DNA from: Candidatus Fervidifonticultor secundus
Lineage (GTDB): Bacteria; Sysuimicrobiota; Sysuimicrobiia; Sysuimicrobiales; Humicultoraceae
Direction: 5' to 3'
Assembly (NCBI GenBank): GCA_031459385.1
Contig: JAVKIP010000003.1
Coordinates: 40,413-104,412 of the forward strand
Length of the DNA stretch: 64,000 bases
Part shown: piece after piece, positions 62,287 through 64,000 of the stretch
Numbering within the stretch: the stretch's first letter is position 1
Layout of the letters: each line of letters starts with the position of its first letter
Made by a program: the position numbers and the translations under genes
The notes under the pieces: generated by a model
Database searches by the model: none
What the model saw: the letters and a program-made list of their open reading frames with translations, nothing else
Told to the model about the DNA's origin: nothing

Positions 62287-62961
62287 TCATGGTGCAGGCC
62301 CGGCCAGCCGCGGGCGCGGCCGCGCGCCGGGGGGCAGGTGCGCGATGCGGATGCCCAGGTGCCGGCGGCCGTACCGCACGTTCAGGTTGATGACGAGCAC
62401 GGCCAGCGCCTCCAGCGTCGGCGCCCAGCGCAGGCCCCCGGCGTCCACTCCACGCGCGCCGACGGACGCGATGATGTTCATCACCACTGCCTTGGCCCCG
62501 TCGTCATCGCCGCAGACCAGCACGTCCTGGTCGAGCGGGCGACCGACCTCGGCCAGCAGGCGCGCGGAGACCGAGTGGAACGCCGCCACCACCCGCGCCC
62601 GGGGCGCCAGACGCTGCGTCTCCTGGGCGCACGAGCCGTCGGGCGGCGGCGCGTAGGTCAGGCCGGCACCCAGGGGCACCACGGCGTCTACCACGACCTT
62701 GTCGGCCAGCAGCGGGGCGAGGTCCCTGACCAGGGCCGCGTGTCCCTCGTGGGGGCACGCGACGATCACCACGTCGGCCTCGCGAGCCGCGTCGGCGTTG
62801 GCGGCGCCTCGCGCGTTGGCGAGCCCCAGGCGCGCGGCCACCTCCTGGCCCCGCGCGGCAGAGCGCGAGCCCAGCACGACGTCGTGCCCGGCCGCGCACA
62901 GGCGCAGGGCCAGCCCGTGGCCCAGATCCCCGGTGCCGCCCAGGATGCCGACGCGCGTCAC
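62287..62961 (-). CDS. npdG: NADPH-dependent F420 reductase (F420H2:NADP+ oxidoreductase)
   Basis: GILGGTGDLG.GLA.R, LGSRS, DAVVPL, GSCAQE, VVAAFHSVSA, VLVCGDD; adjacent to cofE. Confidence 0.88.
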   Translation of the reverse strand: MTRVGILGGTGDLGHGLALRLCAAGHDVVLGSRSAARGQEVAARLGLANARGAANADAAREADVVIVACPHEGHAALVRDLAPLLADKVVVDAVVPLGAGLTYAPPPDGSCAQETQRLAPRARVVAAFHSVSARLLAEVGRPLDQDVLVCGDDDGAKAVVMNIIASVGARGVDAGGLRWAPTLEALAVLVINLNVRYGRRHLGIRIAHLPPGARPRPRLAGPAP

Positions 62962-64000
62962 CCGGGTGGCTCCGGCGCGGCGATCGCCAGCGTGTAAGCG
63001 TCGGTGGGGAACCGGCGCATGGCCGCCACGACGTCGTCGCGGGCGATCCCCTCGACGAGCGCCGGATACCGCTCGAGGTAATCGAGGCCGAGACCGTAGA
63101 GCTCGATCTCCGCCAGGGCCTGGGCGATGCCCTGGTTGGTCTCCAGCCGCACGGCCATCGACCCGACCAGGTAGCGCCGCGCGTCGGCCAGTTCCTCCTC
63201 GGTCGGGCCGTCGCCCGCCAGGCCGGCGATCTCGGTCAGAATGGCCTCCACCGCGCGCTCGAGGTTGGCCGGATTGACGCCCGCCCGCACCCACCACGGC
63301 CCCGCCAGCAGGCCCGCGCGCAGGTCGCTGAAGGCGTAGTACGCGATGCCCTGCCGCTCACGCACGTGCTCGCCGATGCGGCCCATCATGCCGAGCTGGC
63401 CGAGGAGCAGGTTCGCCATCATCGCGGCGTAGTAGCCGGGGGCGGTCCGGCTGATGCCGACGGTCCCCAGCACCAGGTCGGCCTGCGTCTTGCCCGGCAG
63501 GGTCACCTCCTGGCGCTGCGGCGCCGGGGGACGCGCCGGCTCGGGCACGGCCGGCAGCGCCCAGGGCGCGCCCGCCGGCCACGCCTCGAACCGCGCGGCC
63601 GCCAGGTCGGCAGTCCGTCCGGCGTCCACGTCGCCGACGATGGCAAGCGCCGTGGCCTGCGGGGTCACGTAGCTGCGGTGAAAGGCGTGCAGGTCCTGGG
63701 GCAGGAGCGCCGCCAGCACCGTCTCCTCGCCGTCCGGCGCCTGGCTGTGGGGATGCGCGGGCGGGAACGCCAGCCGCCGGAACAAACGCTCGGCGGCGTG
63801 CCGCGTGTCCAGGGCGTTCACCCGTGCCGCAGTGATCAGCTGCCCGCGCACCTTCTCCACCTCGTCCGGGGCATACGCAGGCGCCATCAGCACGTCAGCG
63901 GCCAGGTCCAGCCAGGTTCCCAGGTCGTCCGGAAGCGCCCGGCCGCCGATGGAGGTGGTCTCGAGGCCCGGCGCCACGACCAGCGTGGCCCCGAGGCCAT
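62958..64000 (-). CDS. M16 family (pitrilysin-like) peptidase subunit; 5' end outside the window
   Basis: HPHS, LAIVGDVD, KTQAD, GRIGEHVRERQGIAYY, GPTEEELADA, LETN. Confidence 0.85.
   Translation of the reverse strand, partial: GLGATLVVAPGLETTSIGGRALPDDLGTWLDLAADVLMAPAYAPDEVEKVRGQLITAARVNALDTRHAAERLFRRLAFPPAHPHSQAPDGEETVLAALLPQDLHAFHRSYVTPQATALAIVGDVDAGRTADLAAARFEAWPAGAPWALPAVPEPARPPAPQRQEVTLPGKTQADLVLGTVGISRTAPGYYAAMMANLLLGQLGMMGRIGEHVRERQGIAYYAFSDLRAGLLAGPWWVRAGVNPANLERAVEAILTEIAGLAGDGPTEEELADARRYLVGSMAVRLETNQGIAQALAEIELYGLGLDYLERYPALVEGIARDDVVAAMRRFPTDAYTLAIAAPEPPG

Overview
A very GC-rich, gene-dense stretch of bacterial chromosome. Its mix of Firmicutes-, Thermus- and archaea-like genes suggests a thermophilic Terrabacteria lineage such as Armatimonadota/CSP1-3, but that is inference only. 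Most of it is core metabolism: an LCP protein, aminotransferase, rsmA and a 3D/G5 protein; a propionyl-CoA carboxylase/methylmalonyl-CoA mutase cluster; ligA; a complete nuoA-N operon; a cysteine desulfurase; thyX; two peptide-type ABC systems; a TRAP transporter; and F420 genes (cofE, fno). I saw no tRNA, rRNA, CRISPR array or transposase. Most interesting: (1) a SAM-I riboswitch controlling homoserine kinase + a threonine-synthase-like enzyme + a ubiquitin-like sulfur carrier with a masked GG end, probably a phosphohomoserine route to homocysteine; (2) a ~410 aa protein with a C-terminal Hfq/Sm domain and a strong internal in-frame start that could also yield free Hfq; (3) an archaeal-type adenylate-kinase domain fused to a nucleoside deoxyribosyltransferase/NMP-glycosidase domain; (4) an unassigned structured RNA between convergent genes; (5) tandem NrdR boxes before thyX and recurrent SigH-like promoters. 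All calls come from reading motifs by eye; no searches or folding programs were run.
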